Shown here: in pieces, positions 1-13,200 of the stretch
How the letters are laid out: every line of letters begins with the position of its first letter
Position numbering within the stretch: position 1 is the stretch's first letter
Assembly (NCBI GenBank): GCA_028534125.1
Contig: CM052817.1
Span: 73,596,001-73,660,000 of the forward strand
Origin: Lama glama
Taxonomy: Eukaryota
Reading direction: 5' to 3'
Length of the DNA: 64,000 bases
Program-made: the position numbers and the translations under genes
The notes under the pieces: model-generated
Told to the model about the DNA's origin: nothing
Databases searched by the model: none
What the model saw: the letters and a program-made list of their open reading frames with translations, nothing else

Positions 1-1276
1 ATGTTATTCATGAACACAGATTAAAAATCATTTTGAGCATTAAAATATCTTCTGTACATGAGAAAATTATAATGTTATTCAACAAAATTTCAGTACTTCT
101 GAGAATCTGCTTTTGGATCTTTGATATGTGTTAGGGAGAAAGTTCCCATTTTTCTGTTTCCTAAAAGAGTTAGAGCACTAATTTAAAATCTGCAATAGCA
201 AAATTATTTTTTATGATCATAAAAGTCCAGAAAAATAGTGGATGTATTCCTAAATACAACTGAATATATGTATGCTGTGGGTTTTATTTCTAAACTACAT
301 GTAGACGAAGGCATTCTCTATCATCTAATACATATAGTGCAACGGTAGGGTTACAAACTTCAAAGGTTAGATGTTGTTAATTGTATTAATAATGTATTGG
401 TCTTGCTATGATAACTGGGTTACTGGTTAGGCTTTCAGTGATTATATTGATACTAGCTGTGTAGAATTTTTCTATTTTAAATATTTATCATTTAAAAAAT
501 CTATATGCAAGACATTTCCCATTTTCACTGTTTTTTTTTTTTTTTTGGTCTGTTTGTTTATGTTTTTTTGACTTCCTGAGCCAAAAAAAAAATGTTATTT
601 TTGCTTATGAGGTAATTTTAATGATAAAATGTTTCTGGTCTTTATTCCACCAAAACACAAGAAAGGATTTTCAATGAATTTATTTGAAAAATGGAGAGAA
701 TAACATAGCAGATCCTTTAGAGGATAGGGATATAAAATCAGGGTATTGCTTTGGGTTAGGGAAATAGAGAAAATAATGATTTTTCTTTCTTTTTACTCTT
801 TCTGGCAGATATTCATTTATTATAAGGCAGGACCTATCACATTAATTAATAAATAATAACAGTGTGGAACACATTCTTTGGAATGCAGTTCATGGCTTCT
901 TGCCCAGGACAGCAGAACAGCTGTTTCTGCTGAATTACTGGAATGTGAGAAGCAATGATGTAAACCCTTCAAAGCACAGAGAGTAAAGGGGATTTTTTTC
1001 CTCTTAAATCCCAATGAATAGAAGCTTTTATACCCAAAGAAGGAATTCAGAGAGCCCTGTACTCCTTGAGAATAAGATTTTTCCCCCTTGCACATCTCCA
1101 TTATTCTACCAGATCCTTAATGTAAAGTGTTTCACTGGTTTCTGGTCTCACAAGACTATTCTGTTCATCCACAAATCACTCAGAACCAGAGCACCCTATG
1201 GTCAGCCTACGGTGAACCCATAAGATCTCTGCAGGGAGAGGGTGGAGAGCAATGCCAGGCTGGGGCGTGGCCAGCA

Positions 1277-1540
1277 GGGCGTACAGTGTGGCAGAGGCTC
1301 CAGAGTTGAAGGCCTTCAGAGCAGATCCCAGTTCTGCCTCACTGTAGTGCTGGGACCTCAGTCAAGTTACTTAACACGCACAGCATGTTGCTCAACTATG
1401 CCTCAATTTTTAATCAACAGCATGAGGATAATAATAGGATTGATCTCATAGGATCCTGGATGAATATTAACAGAAACAATCTGTGTAAAGCAGAATGCTT
1501 GGTTCATGTAAACACTGAATACATGGTAGTTATTTTTATT
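1277..1540 (+). mobile_element. MIR SINE
   Basis: ATCCCAGTTCTGCC..GACCTCAGTCAAGTTACTTAAC..GCCTCAATTT..ATGAGGATAATAATAG..CTCATAGG..TGTAAAGC. Confidence 0.7.
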
Positions 1541-1629
1541 AGGCATTTTATTCCAAAGCATTTTTCAATAGGTTTGTTGTACAAAAGGGCACATTTATGG
1601 AGTTGAATAATGTCCGTTTAAAAAATGTA

Positions 1630-2380
1630 CTGGAATGGAAATCAAGCCAGACTGGGATCAGACACCACTAATACTTGCTGTGTGATTTACAAAAGTCATT
1701 TAACTTCTCTTAAATCTCAGTTTACTTCTCTGAAAAAAATGGATGTAGTGATGGTTTCTGTTGATTCTATGCTTATTACATTCTGGGTACTGTGCTAAGT
1801 GTTTTACATGCCTTAGGTGATTGAATCCTGCAAACAAGCTTAAGTGATAGGACCTACTATAACATTTTACAGAGGAAGAAACAGGTACAGAGAAGAATGT
1901 GATTCCACTCATTTAAATAGTACTTACTGAGCATCTATTATATGCCAAGACACTTTTTCTTGATACTGGAGATGTAGCCATGAATAACACAGACAACAGG
2001 GGCTGGGCCCAAATATGGCTATGTTCTAATAGGGAAGGGGAATGAACAAACATTTAAAAAAACATATATCCTATATTGGAGTGGTAAGTGCAAAGAAGAA
2101 AAAGAAAAAAGAAAAAGAAAGCAGTGAGGTGTGTGCCATGATTAATAATTTTAGGTGGGGTCACCAGGGATGGTCTCAGAGAAAAAGGTAACATTTTGAG
2201 GGTAAAAACCTAAAAGGGTTGAGGAAGTAAGAATTCCAGGGAAAGGAAAGAAGCAAGTATTTGCATTTTCAAATGATTACCTATGTTACTGGTATAAACC
2301 TACCTACCTCTTTGGGCTCTTGAGAAGATCAAGTGAAATAATGTAAATAAACTTTGTAAACAATAAAACACTAGGTAAGT
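1630..2380. mobile_element. Cluster of MIR (+), MIR (-) and L2 (-) fragments
   Basis: AAGTCATTTAACTTCTCT..CTCAGTTT; CATTTTACAGAGGAAGAAACAG; TTACTGAGCATCTATTATATGCCAAGACACT (L2 3' end antisense); MIR tail near 2300-2370. Confidence 0.6.
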
Positions 2381-4959
2381 GATAATTCCAAAGAGGAAGA
2401 GAACATTGTGATACAATTTAGTATCAGACAGAGGTTTATCAGGTTTTCTCTACTATTTTCCTGTCCTTTTGTTTCTTAAAAGTACATTTTCAAAAAGTGT
2501 TCTAGTACAGAGGATGATGTGAATTCACTTCCTAAGGCAATGTCAATAGAAAAGACACATCACGCCTGTTCCAGCTGACGTAAACTCATCACTGAATTTC
2601 AATAGCTCCTCAGAAAGATTCAGAATTGTTCTTTGCCTATAATGAAGACTGAACATGTCTTATAAAACCATTCTTGATTTCTCAAATGAAGGCCATTTGG
2701 GATATCAGAAATTTCCTTATTCTTTTGCTGATATTACCTATGAATGATGCAGTTCATTCAAAGTCAAGAGTTTTTTTTTTAATAGTCAATGAATTATTAG
2801 GTCACCCATATGATTCACCCCAGCCTGACTAAAAACTAGCACTGAAAACACGTGCAGATGTTGTTCCATGGTTCTATAATGACCTGACTGAGACCCAGTT
2901 AGCCAAAATGACTGACCACTTATTCCAGGGATTGAATCCAGTATATCCTCCCATTCTTCATTCTAGTTTTGCTTTTTAAGGTAATGTGGCTTTAAGTAAG
3001 AATTCCTCCAGTATATTTACTGAAGTTTAGGAGTTTGCAAAATAAAGGAATACATTAATGAGGAACAGCCTCCTGTAAGAAGTTTTTCTTCTAGGAGTGC
3101 AAAACTTGCAGGTATGTAACCTACAAGCTACAGGTCTTGTATTACTTCCAACAATAGCGATTACTACTCTCAATTACGTAACTATTAATACCCTAGGCGA
3201 TGCTTCATGCTTCTTTTTTTTTTAATTTTTAAATAAATTTTAAGTATATCCTATTCAGTTTTGTGGTGAAAAGGCTTCCCAAATGTATGGGGGGTGGGAA
3301 TGATGTAGAGAGAGCCTCTGGTGATGGAGCCTGAGCTGAGAAAGCCAATTCACAGTAGAGTCAGGGAAGAAATTCGGGCTTGATTCCAGAGAAGCAGAGA
3401 GGTAAATTCTGTGGAGGTTTTTTATTTACACTCACTGGATTAGATTCCCTTTTATCTACTGTCTAATTTTTTTAAATGTCAAGAGACATGATCTTGAAAA
3501 ATCACTGCCATCTTTAAAAGGAGATGCCTTTCTGAAATATATACAAGTGTTTGTCATTCAGTCAATGAATTACAGAGTTTGTAATAAATATTATGTATTT
3601 ATGGCGGTCTCTCTATTTCCCTATGTGACTGTTCGTTAAAGCTGTGTTCACATATAAATATGTATTAGACAATTTGAGCCATGGCTTTTAAGGAGCTTGG
3701 AATCTAAAGGGAAAGAAAAGACACTTAGATAAATCTGTTTTAAGAATTAACTATTTTAAAATATTAACAACAACTAAAGTTAAACAATTTAACATTAGGC
3801 TTCCCACTTTGAAGTCAACAGTCCTTGGATTGCTTTCTTGTTCTCTTCCATTTTTCTCTTTTTCCACTCCTTCGGAGCTTCTAAATGTTTCCCCTGTTTC
3901 AGTATTTTAATAGGTAAACACTTTAGGGGTCCAGCAAGTTTGCTTGCACAAAGAATATGTACGTGTGTGTTTTTCCTACCTGAGAAGGGAAAATAGGGTT
4001 GATTATCAATCTGTCCATATGATGTTGCTGATCATATGTATTTGGTAACACACATAAATTAACTGATCAGTATTTTAGGGGCAAATTCAGCAACATTGCT
4101 CCTGTCATTTATGGAATGCATGTTTTACCAGATTGCAAACTAAGGCCTAAGAGAAAAAGCCTTATTTTTTATTAAAATCTATTCTAGTTCCTGGTCCTTA
4201 AATTGGACATTCTTCACCTATATTGTATTTGATATTTGGTTCCAAGATAACAGCATGTTCCAACTAGAAGGGGCTCTAGTACAAACCTATCACTTTTCAT
4301 GGTGACTTCCCAGTTCTTGGTAAGTCTAGAGTCCTGGTCACATCCTCCAGGCACTTGCCATTGCCTGCCAGCAGGCACTGACCATATGTGTAGAGCTAAT
4401 CATGATAGAGAAATGTAAAACTAAAAATACAATTGCTTACTTCTATTAATGTGGCTGATGGTAATTCACTTAACCTTGAAGGGGTTAGGGGAGTGCTTTA
4501 GTGTCATAATTGAACCATGGTCTATTTTTAGCAGAGACTTCATCTCACTTTTCATTGGCTGAGTGATGCAGTGATGAGTCCTGAAAAATTAGCCCATTTC
4601 CCCTCATTATACTTTTTCTGACCTGACGGGAGCTGAATTTCAGGAGGTTAGTGTAATCAATACAATGAAGTTACAGCAAAACAGATGATTTCTCCTTCCA
4701 TTACTTGACTTTTTATAAAAGTAATAAATATTATTGGTTTTTAAAAAAACCTGTACATAGCTCTAGGGGGTGTCTAATTTTAAAAAATAGTTTAGAGTAT
4801 TGGTGGGAGAGGAAAGGGGATGAGTCAGCTCATGAATGTGGACCAAAAAATAGGGTGAATTCAGATCAGAGCTTAAATTTCATATTGTTCTTTCCCATTA
4901 AGCCCACATCTCATTTTACAGACTCCCCACCAATAATCTAACCCAGCAGGAGCCAGGCT

Positions 4960-5410
4960 CTCCATGGGTGGTCCCAGCTACCTCAGCCCATCACTCTCCG
5001 CCTCCCATCCTCCACTCTGTCTGCTTGGACTGCCTTGGAGTTTACCAACCACTCCACGCATAAGTACTCTACTCTGCTGCCCTGAAGTCTCTGTACAGAT
5101 GTGCTAGTGGCTGGCTCCCGCACTCATTTCCGGTCCCTCAGCAAATGTCACTTTCTCAGAGCCATTGTATCTGCATCCTCATCTAAAATATCTCCACTCC
5201 TATTGCTCTCTATCACCTTGCCTTGTGTTGTCTTTGTATCACCACTCGCCATATTTCATCTGCATTTGTGTGTTTTCTGAATCCTTGCGCTGTCACACAA
5301 ACTCCATGAGATAGGGTCTCTGTTTTGTTCACTGAGACATTCCCCAGCACCTAGATCAGTTCCTGGCACTTAGTGGGTGCTTAATAAATAATTGGGGGGG
5401 ATCAATGAAT
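4960..5410 (+). mobile_element. L2 LINE 3' end
   Basis: AAACTCCATGAG..TGTTTTGTTCACTG..TCCCCAGCACCTAGATCAGTTCCTGGCACTTAGTGGGTGCTTAATAAATA. Confidence 0.8.
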
Positions 5411-7574
5411 TCCTTCACAAGAAGATAATTTTGAAAGTCAACAGAGAAGGAAACAGATAAAGTCCCTTCCTTCCTGGAACTTAAAATATTTAGCCTCTTA
5501 TTTTAGTAACTTAATGTGTATTCTAGGCTAGTAACACAGAACATATGCTCATATCAGGCTTAAAGACACCAGAAAATGAGAGTAGAAACAAAAAAAGATA
5601 CATTTAAAGGAATTTGTTAACAGCACAAAATTGTATATTTACCCAAAGAGCATCCTCTTCCATAGCAGAGACAGGGTTTAATAATGAATAGTATATGTTC
5701 ATCTGTTTTACATAAGAATTTCGAACTTACTAGACATTCTCTCAGATGGACACAGGTGACATAGTCTGATGTTCAACAGGATACCAGGTTTCTTTTCTCT
5801 CATTAAAGTTTTCCCCCCTCTACTTGTTTATTTTGTCAATTTGTCACAGAAAAAAAAATGCTGTTAAAGGATGTTGAAAGGTTCCTTTATCTACAAAAAC
5901 AGACAAATGAAACACTAAAGGGAGAAAAAAATAACCCAAGACACTCAAGGGAATACGCCTCCAAACAAAGTGTCCCTGCCAGAAGTTAGGTAATTGTAGC
6001 AATCGTCACGTGGCCTGTGGCCAGCAGAATAGATAGCTGTTAAGTTTGCCAGTACAAACCATTCTCCTGTGTCTTTGTAAGGACTCTGGAGTTTGTATCT
6101 TAAAAGACTCCGAGGACCTAATGCAAATTTAAACCCTCCTCCACTTACCAGCCTTACAAAGAACATATCATGAATGCTGTGTATAAATTACTGTTTGAAG
6201 CTAGAAGATAGTACAATTTATGTTACTGATTCTAAATATTTGTTAGTCACAAAACTTTAGGCTCTGTGATTGTAGTTAAAAAGTATGAGGAATATATTAT
6301 TAAAAATGTTAGAGATTAATCTTTTCCACCGTACATTTTCTTTTAGGATGTAAACTAAAAGAAATCTCTACTTAATATTATTTATTTTTAAAGCAGTTTT
6401 TGGTTCACATCAAAATAAAGAGTAAAGTACAGAGACTTTCCGGTCAACCCCTTATCTTTAAGTTCATAGTTAATCTCTTTGTGCCAATTTTTAGAAATTA
6501 TATTTCCTGTTAAATTTGTACCTCTTGTTTTTGGTAGCATACAACTGTTTTTTACTCTGAGAATGTTCTTTTATTACTATTTTCAAAATCTAAAATTCTG
6601 AAAGTCATCATCTGTTTTTCCCTAATAATCCTTATTCAAAGTACACCTCAATATTCCTCCAACTCTCTTCTAATTTCTTTTCCTTTGCTCTTTTCTGCTC
6701 TCTTTCCCAGTTTATCCTAAACATAGCATACAGGATCAATCTTTAGATGCCACTCTAATCACACTGCATTTTTTTATGACTAGGCAACATGTATAAAGTG
6801 GCTACCTTCATGAACTCCCCCACCCTTCACTGCTCCCAACACACACCCATGATAAAGGCAGAGTAAGAAAGCTGACTGTGTATATGGCTCATCTCCAATT
6901 GTATTCTTCACTTCATCCAAACAGATGTAAATTTCTCTTTTCTTTTGCCTTTATGGATAATCTCCAAACTCCTAATACATAATGTTTCTTCTATTCAAAA
7001 CATTGCTGAAAATTAATTTCTGTGACACTTTCTAAAGCTTCTTTTCAATTATAGCCACATTCTTTCACAATGAATGAAACTATCTCCTTATGCAGTTATA
7101 ATTAGCTTTTTTCATTCTTTTTTGGATTCTTAAGAATGATTAATGAATACATCTTCCTTTCTCTCTGTGAAATCTGTAAATATAAATTGCTAAGGGGATC
7201 TAAGGGTTTTGGGGAATTGGGGAGTCTCACTCTGTTGGAGGGATCAAGAATTATTTTGTGAAGAAAAAGTTTTTCAGAGATGTGGAAATATGGATGGTGT
7301 AACTAATAGTGGTGTGACTTTAAATAGTGAGAAATGAGGCCTAATTAAACTTATGTAGATTACCTCCCCTATATATGTGTTAATTTTCTAATATATAAAA
7401 TTAGGAGATCAGGAATGTAAATTAAAACAGGAACAGGCAGTTTAAATAAATCAATAAAGATAGATGGACCTAAAAAGAGTTACATTGTTTCTTGGTCATT
7501 TTGCACTTTGACGTTTGATAGATGCGTAACAGAAGGTAAATTTCTTAAGGGAAAAACCGCCCACAAACACAAGT

Positions 7575-7860
7575 GCCATGATTCATGGCAGCCGAGGCTT
7601 GGGCCCTGACGTGGAAAACAAATGCCCTGTCTGAAAGGAACCGTGGCACTTTAGCGTTACTTACAGTTGTCACATAGAGATGCGAGCTCAATGTTGCCAG
7701 ATCTGAGTTTTCAAAAGAAGTAAGCAATTAGAATTTTGATAGAAAACCTCCTGACTTTTTAAACTGAGTTCTAACAAAAACAAAATCCAAACTGTGTCAG
7801 CCAAACGAAACACAGAGAGGCCATACCATGAAGCTGTTTCCAGCCCAAGGCCGGCCATGA
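7575..7860 (+). mobile_element. MER102-like hAT-Charlie element
   Basis: ATGTTGCCAGATCTGAGTTTTTCAAAAGAAG..AACCTCCTGACTTTTTAAA..ACTGTGTCAGCCAAACGAAACAC resembles the MER102 3' half. Confidence 0.6.
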
Positions 7861-9532
7861 TGCTTCCTAAAGACTAGATCTCCTCTGAGAGTCCTTTCTG
7901 TGCCAGAGAGCTCTAGTCTAAGTTCCTTGAGGGCAGGGATGGTCTAGCCTTTAACTATATCAACAAAGCACTACTATTGTGGATCAACAACCAACCATCA
8001 GAACTATTGTAATCAAAACTTTAGTTGGATTGAATTTTTATGGAGAAATTTGACCTACAGAGGTATTTTTAGTGGACAGAGTACATTGATAATTGTGAGC
8101 TCAGCCGTTTATAAGAAAGGGCCCAAGTGCTCAGCTCAGATTTTGTTAGAAAAGATTTAATAGGAAGCAAAGAAAAGTGACAGAAATAGTTGTAGAGGAC
8201 GGAATTTTGTCTGGAAGTACAAGACCATGGGGAATCGAGGAGAAGGGAGTTATTCATGATAGTGGGCTGTGGTGACTGGCTTTTCAGAGGAAAGGACTAA
8301 AATGATTATAATGATTAGTCCAGGGAAGAAGCAATTTGATTTGGCTGAGAGGAGGTTATTGGAAATCTTGGAAAGGGTGGCCCTTTGCATTAGTTGTGAT
8401 GGAAGCCAGATTGGAGAAGGTTAATGGAGTTAGTGGTGAGAAATTGGAAGCTCCAGCAGTATGCCACTTTTCCAGGAGCTTGGATACAAAGAGGAAAAGG
8501 ACTAGGGTGAGAGTGGAGGAATCCATTGGTTTCAGGGAAGACGGTGTGTTGGCAATGGGGAACTCCTGTGCTTGCTTGGAGTTGGATGGTGATGTACTCT
8601 CTTCATTGTCACTGGTATCTTGGAAAATAAGTGATTTCTTTTGACTTTCATGTCTAGTGACACATGTGAACCCCTCTATGGTGTGAATAGTTGAAACATA
8701 AAATTTCTTGTTAGCTTCTGCATGGGATGATTACTAAAATTATGACTCATTATTTGAGCATATTTGGAAGGTCCATATCTTTTCTCACAAGTTGTGGGAG
8801 ATAAACTGTCTCTCCTATGTGTGAAAGTCACTCTAACATGTCATATGTGTCTCCAGACTCATGGTCTTAGTTCCTTAAAGGTGGGTTGTACTTCAAGAAA
8901 TATTACTGTGGGGCCAAGCTGAGCCCAGAGTATTCTGTGGTTATTTTTGCTGGCTATGCAGAACCGATCTCTACCTCTTTACATGTAGTCCTTCTTCTGA
9001 AGTCCACATCTGTCCCCTTCTTGCGGCTGCCATTACCCGGGCTGAACCACACTCTCCTGCCCTGGGACTTCAGCACTATATCAGATTTCCATAAGCTAAG
9101 GACGAGCTCATGTCCCCAGGTGTCTCACAGCCATTTTCTTTGATCTCTGTTGAGTAGTATGGCACACTTTGACCTTCATGAATTTTAAAATTCCTGTTAG
9201 CCTATTTGCTGAAGTTAAACACAAATCCTCTGTTGGCTGTATAGGAGATAAAAATGGAAATCTGTCTTTTGTTGAAATTCCCTAAAAACCACAGAAATAT
9301 AGCTCATATAGAAGAGGGGAGACTGGTGGACTTATCTGGAAAGGTGACTTTGGATGAAATGATTGCTTTCTTTTACACTATCAATACACTATTGTATTGT
9401 CAGGTAACGTGGCACAGTTTTGTTAATGTTAAAAATAACAAAAATGTGATGGTGTAAAAATGAGCATACCTCCAGCTCATCCATTTATTTGTTTTAGAGT
9501 TCAAATTAATTTATTTCAAATTAATTTCTTCT

Positions 9533-9709
9533 ACTGTATAGCACAGGGAACTATATTCAATATCTAATAGTAATTTATGGTGAAAGAGAATATGGAAACG
9601 AATATATGTGTGTTCCTATATGACTGAAGTATTGTGCTGTACACCAGAAATTGACACAACATTGTAAACTGACTGTACTTAAATAAAAATATATTAGCCA
9701 CCCCCCCCA
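9533..9709 (+). mobile_element. 5'-truncated L1 3' end (artiodactyl/camelid type)
   Basis: CTGTATAGCACAGGGAACTATATTCAA...ACACCAGAAATTGACACAACATTGTAAACTGACT; homologous to the copies at 21141 and 54597; TSD-like tcaaattaatttcttct / tcaaatgtatttcttct. Confidence 0.85.
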
Positions 9710-9757
9710 TCAAATGTATTTCTTCTGTTCTGGTAAAGATATTAAAATAGGTGACTG

Positions 9758-10075
9758 ACAGACACAAAAGGACAAATACTGTATAATTCCTTTTATAGGA
9801 AGTACCTAGAGTAGTCAAATTCATAGACATAGAAAGTGTAATAGAGGTTACTAGGGGCAGGGGAAGGAAGAATGGGGTTATTGTTTAATTTCAGTTGGAA
9901 AGATGAAAATGTTCTGGTGATGGATGGTGGTAATGATTGCACAACAATATGGATGTACTTAAAGCCACTGAACTGTACACTTAGAAATGGTTAAAATGGT
10001 GAATTTTGTGTTATGTATGTTTTACCACAGTACATATTTTTAAAAAACAGAATAAAACAAAATAACAAACAAAAA
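9758..10075 (+). mobile_element. Old L1 (L1MB-like) 3' end
   Basis: GACACAAAAGGACAAATACTGTATAATTCC..TAGTCAAATTCATAGAC..GATGGTGGTAATGATTGCACAAC..CTGAACTGTACACTTAGAAATGGTTAAAATGG, A-rich tail. Confidence 0.85.
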
Positions 10076-10089
10076 AGTGACTGAAAGTC

Positions 10090-10700
10090 ATCCATCCAAC
10101 AAACATTTATTTAGCACCTTCGTGGATTATGCCCTAGTGGTAATGGTAAATAATTCTCACATATTTATTTATATCTCGCAGGGGTCATGGCCAATTAAGC
10201 GATTGCAATAGTGACAGGTGCATGGTAAGGAGTGCAAAGTACCAGGAGAGCACAGGGTGAGCAAGTAACTAATTGACAGGACAGAGGTTTCTCAGAGGAA
10301 GTCACCTTTGGCATCAGACCTGAAGGAGCATAGAAAGGAGCCAGACAAAGGGGGGTCCTGAACAGAGGCAAAGTCAGGTGACACTGTCCCAGAGGTCTGT
10401 CAGGGCACAGTAATTCAGAAAAATGGGGAGAAGTTATGATCACTCTCATTCATTCAACACATAGATATATTGAGCACCTATTACGTGCAGGGGCACTGTA
10501 CTAGGCACTGGAAATTATAAAATGCAAAGGGACTGGCTTCATGGTGTTTACTCTGTAGTGAGGAAGTAACATTAACACATTAACAAATAATTACAAGACA
10601 GTATATAGTATATAAGTACCAGAATAGAGAGACATGTACAAAGGCTGCAGTAGAACAAAGGAGGAATAGTCAATTTAGAGGTTTGAAGGAAGGCTGGAGA
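10090..10700 (-). mobile_element. L2 fragments (two 3' ends)
   Basis: CATCCAACAAACATTTATTTAGCACC; CATTCATTCAACA..ATTGAGCACCTATTACGTGCAG..GCACTGTACTAGGCACTGG. Confidence 0.7.
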
Positions 10701-12059
10701 TTTATTTTCCAACCATCCAGATGTTAAGGGGGCTTTGTTAAGTTTTATTTGGAGGATTCATTCTGAAGATAATATTAATTGAAGGCAATATGTTGTGCTA
10801 CCAAAAGAATATGTTTGTTTTCAGCAGATTTCAGACTAAGAACCTAGAAAAAGTGAGAAGAATGATGCTTGTGGAGTGTCTGCACATTCTATTTGGGGGA
10901 TTGTTTCTATGATGGAGAAAGACGATTTGCTAACCCCAAGGTTGCAGGAGATACCTCAAAGACCATCTACTTCCATTATATTTTGCTTTATGTGAACCCA
11001 ATATGTGTGATCTCCTCAGAAAGAGGATTGAAGTACATAATCAACTCAAGTACCATGTACTCATATAAATTAATATCTTGGAATGACATGTTGCTAGGTG
11101 TTTGTTTAGTGCAATTTGGCTTCTGAAGGCTTGATCATATCTGGTGTCAACACAACTGAGTAAATATAGAAGATTAAAATAAAAACCTGGATTTAGAGTA
11201 ACTGGAAAAACTTCAGGCACTTTTAACATATAAATAAGAATAGATTATATATTACTTGTCATTAATTCCTAGAAAAATAATATTTTAAGAAAGCAAAATT
11301 ATACTAAAGCAAGGACTTTTATGATATGCGGGGATTTGGGTATTTGACAAAAGATACTTCAAATGAATGTGTTTGAAGTTTCCCTTAAAAATGGACCTTT
11401 AGTTAGAGCTTAAGAAGCCATGGTGACCAGCAGGTCTGAGGCCAACTGAGACCCAATGAGCTAAAGTGACCTGCTCAGAATGACATACCCCCAGGGAGAG
11501 CCTCCCCTGTACACTTTTCTTGTCTTGCCTGTGCTTTTTCTCTGTACATCCATGCCTCAGAATGACATACTTACCTTGGCTGCCCCAATTCCGAGTAGAT
11601 TAAGAAGACGATTATAGAGGTAACGTTATGGGGACGTCTGTTGACTTCTTAAATTATAAGTGAGAGAGATAATAAAACATTTATACCTTATCACTTAATT
11701 AATAGTCACATAATTTTACGTGGTTTTCTCATTGTTCTTTTTGAAATTGAAATGTAAAATCTGGTTTGCTTTTTAGTTTACCTGCTACTAAAGTTCACTT
11801 TTTCAATGAAAAGTAAATAATTCTATTTATTATTTAGAATAAAACACATATTAAAATAGTATCTAGTGTACTGTGTGAATTATAAATATCATCAGAAGGC
11901 AACAGGATGATGATGTACAGATGGGTAATATGGAAAATGAAGCATGTATTTCATCTATGGAACTAAAGTAAAATTAGAAGAGAGTACATCCTTTATATAA
12001 TAGTAAAAGAAATTGGATAATTTATATGGACGGGCCAGCCATCTAGAGAATGGGAAGTC

Positions 12060-13200
12060 CTGTGTTTGACACACTTGATAGTTTCCTGAACAAAGTAACC
12101 GTCTCTAGCCTGGCTGACCTGTTGTGAAGAGGAGAGCACTTGAAGCAAGAACCTAGCCAGTTCTCTGTAGCTCAGTTCCCTTCTTACGGGATATCAAGCA
12201 ATGGGACTGGGATCGGGGCCACTTGATTTAACATCTTTACAGAGGACCTGGGAAAAAGAATCTAGAATATGTTTGTCAGATTTGTGCTTGATGCTTAAAT
12301 CCTAGGTGAGACCCCAAAGGGTAGAAATAAAGTTCAAGTTGTTTTGTAAACAGGATAATGTTTCCATACAGACAGGTATGGGGCCCTTTAAAATGTAAAC
12401 ACAGGATTGGACTCAGAGCAAGAGATGAAGAGGGAGAGGGTATAGCTCAGTGGTAGGGTACACATGCACAAGGTCCTGGGTTCAACCCCCAGTACCTCCA
12501 TTAAAATAAATAAACCTAATTACCCCACAAATAAGTAAGTAAATAAAAATTGGCATTAAAAAAAAAAAAGAAATGAAGGAAAAGACCAGGAAAAAAATTG
12601 GGTACAAGCTGAACAGGAGTCAGTAATACAGTGCCATTGTTTAAAAATGCCTACACCATGCTGATTGTGGTTTTCATTAATTCCATGTTTGTGAATGGCC
12701 AACCTACTTTAAAAAATAAAAGATAAAACTGAAGAATGTTGAAAAGTAATACAAGTGATGGAAAAGAAAGAAAAAGGAAGTCATAGATGAGCACAGGTTT
12801 AAGAAATTAGGATAGTTCAATCCAGAAAATAAAATAAAAACAACCAGATAAGCTGAAAAATTACTTATATGGATGCTTTCGAGTACAGGAAGTTTTTTTT
12901 TTTTTTTTGGAAGGTGGAGGTCGATTTTCTTTCTTTTTTTAATTGAAGTATAGTCAGTTTACAGTGTTGTGATCATTTTCTTTTTATATTGAGATAGAGG
13001 GAAAATGGGTTCAGCGAAAGCAAAAATATTTTGGTGACTGTCAGAGTGATAAATATTAGAAGAGACAAAGAGAAGAGTGAAACTACCATCCTGGAAATCT
13101 AGACTAAGACAATGAATGATCATTTTTCCTTAAGATTTGAGATGTTGACTTGCTTGAAAATGCTTTGCAGATGACTTGAATTGTCTCTTCTGCCATTCTT
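12060..13200 (+). mobile_element. Degenerate CR1/L3 LINE fragment hosting a SINE and a short L1 tail (about 12935-12970)
   Basis: TTTAACATCTTTA..TCAGATTTGTGCTTGATGC; AAGCTGAACAGGAGTCAGT; GGTTTAAGAAATTAGGATAGTTCAATCCAGAAAA resemble the CR1 RT/3' region. Confidence 0.5.
12432..12569 (+). mobile_element. tRNA-derived camelid SINE (Vic-1 type)
   Basis: GGGTATAGCTCAGTGG (A box) ... GGTTCAACCCC (B box) CAGTACCTCCATTAAAATAAA..CCTAATTACC, A-rich tail; imperfect TSD aagagatgaag / aagaaatgaag. Confidence 0.85.

Noticed and set aside
11567..11580. ATACTTACCT matching the U1 snRNA 5' end
   Set aside because: Similarity stops after about 10 nt, so it is not a U1 gene or pseudogene.
12432..12500. tRNA-like sequence with A and B boxes (also at about 22770, 27545, 33790 and 37195)
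   Set aside because: These are SINE heads with AT-rich tails and TSDs, not intact tRNA cloverleaves.
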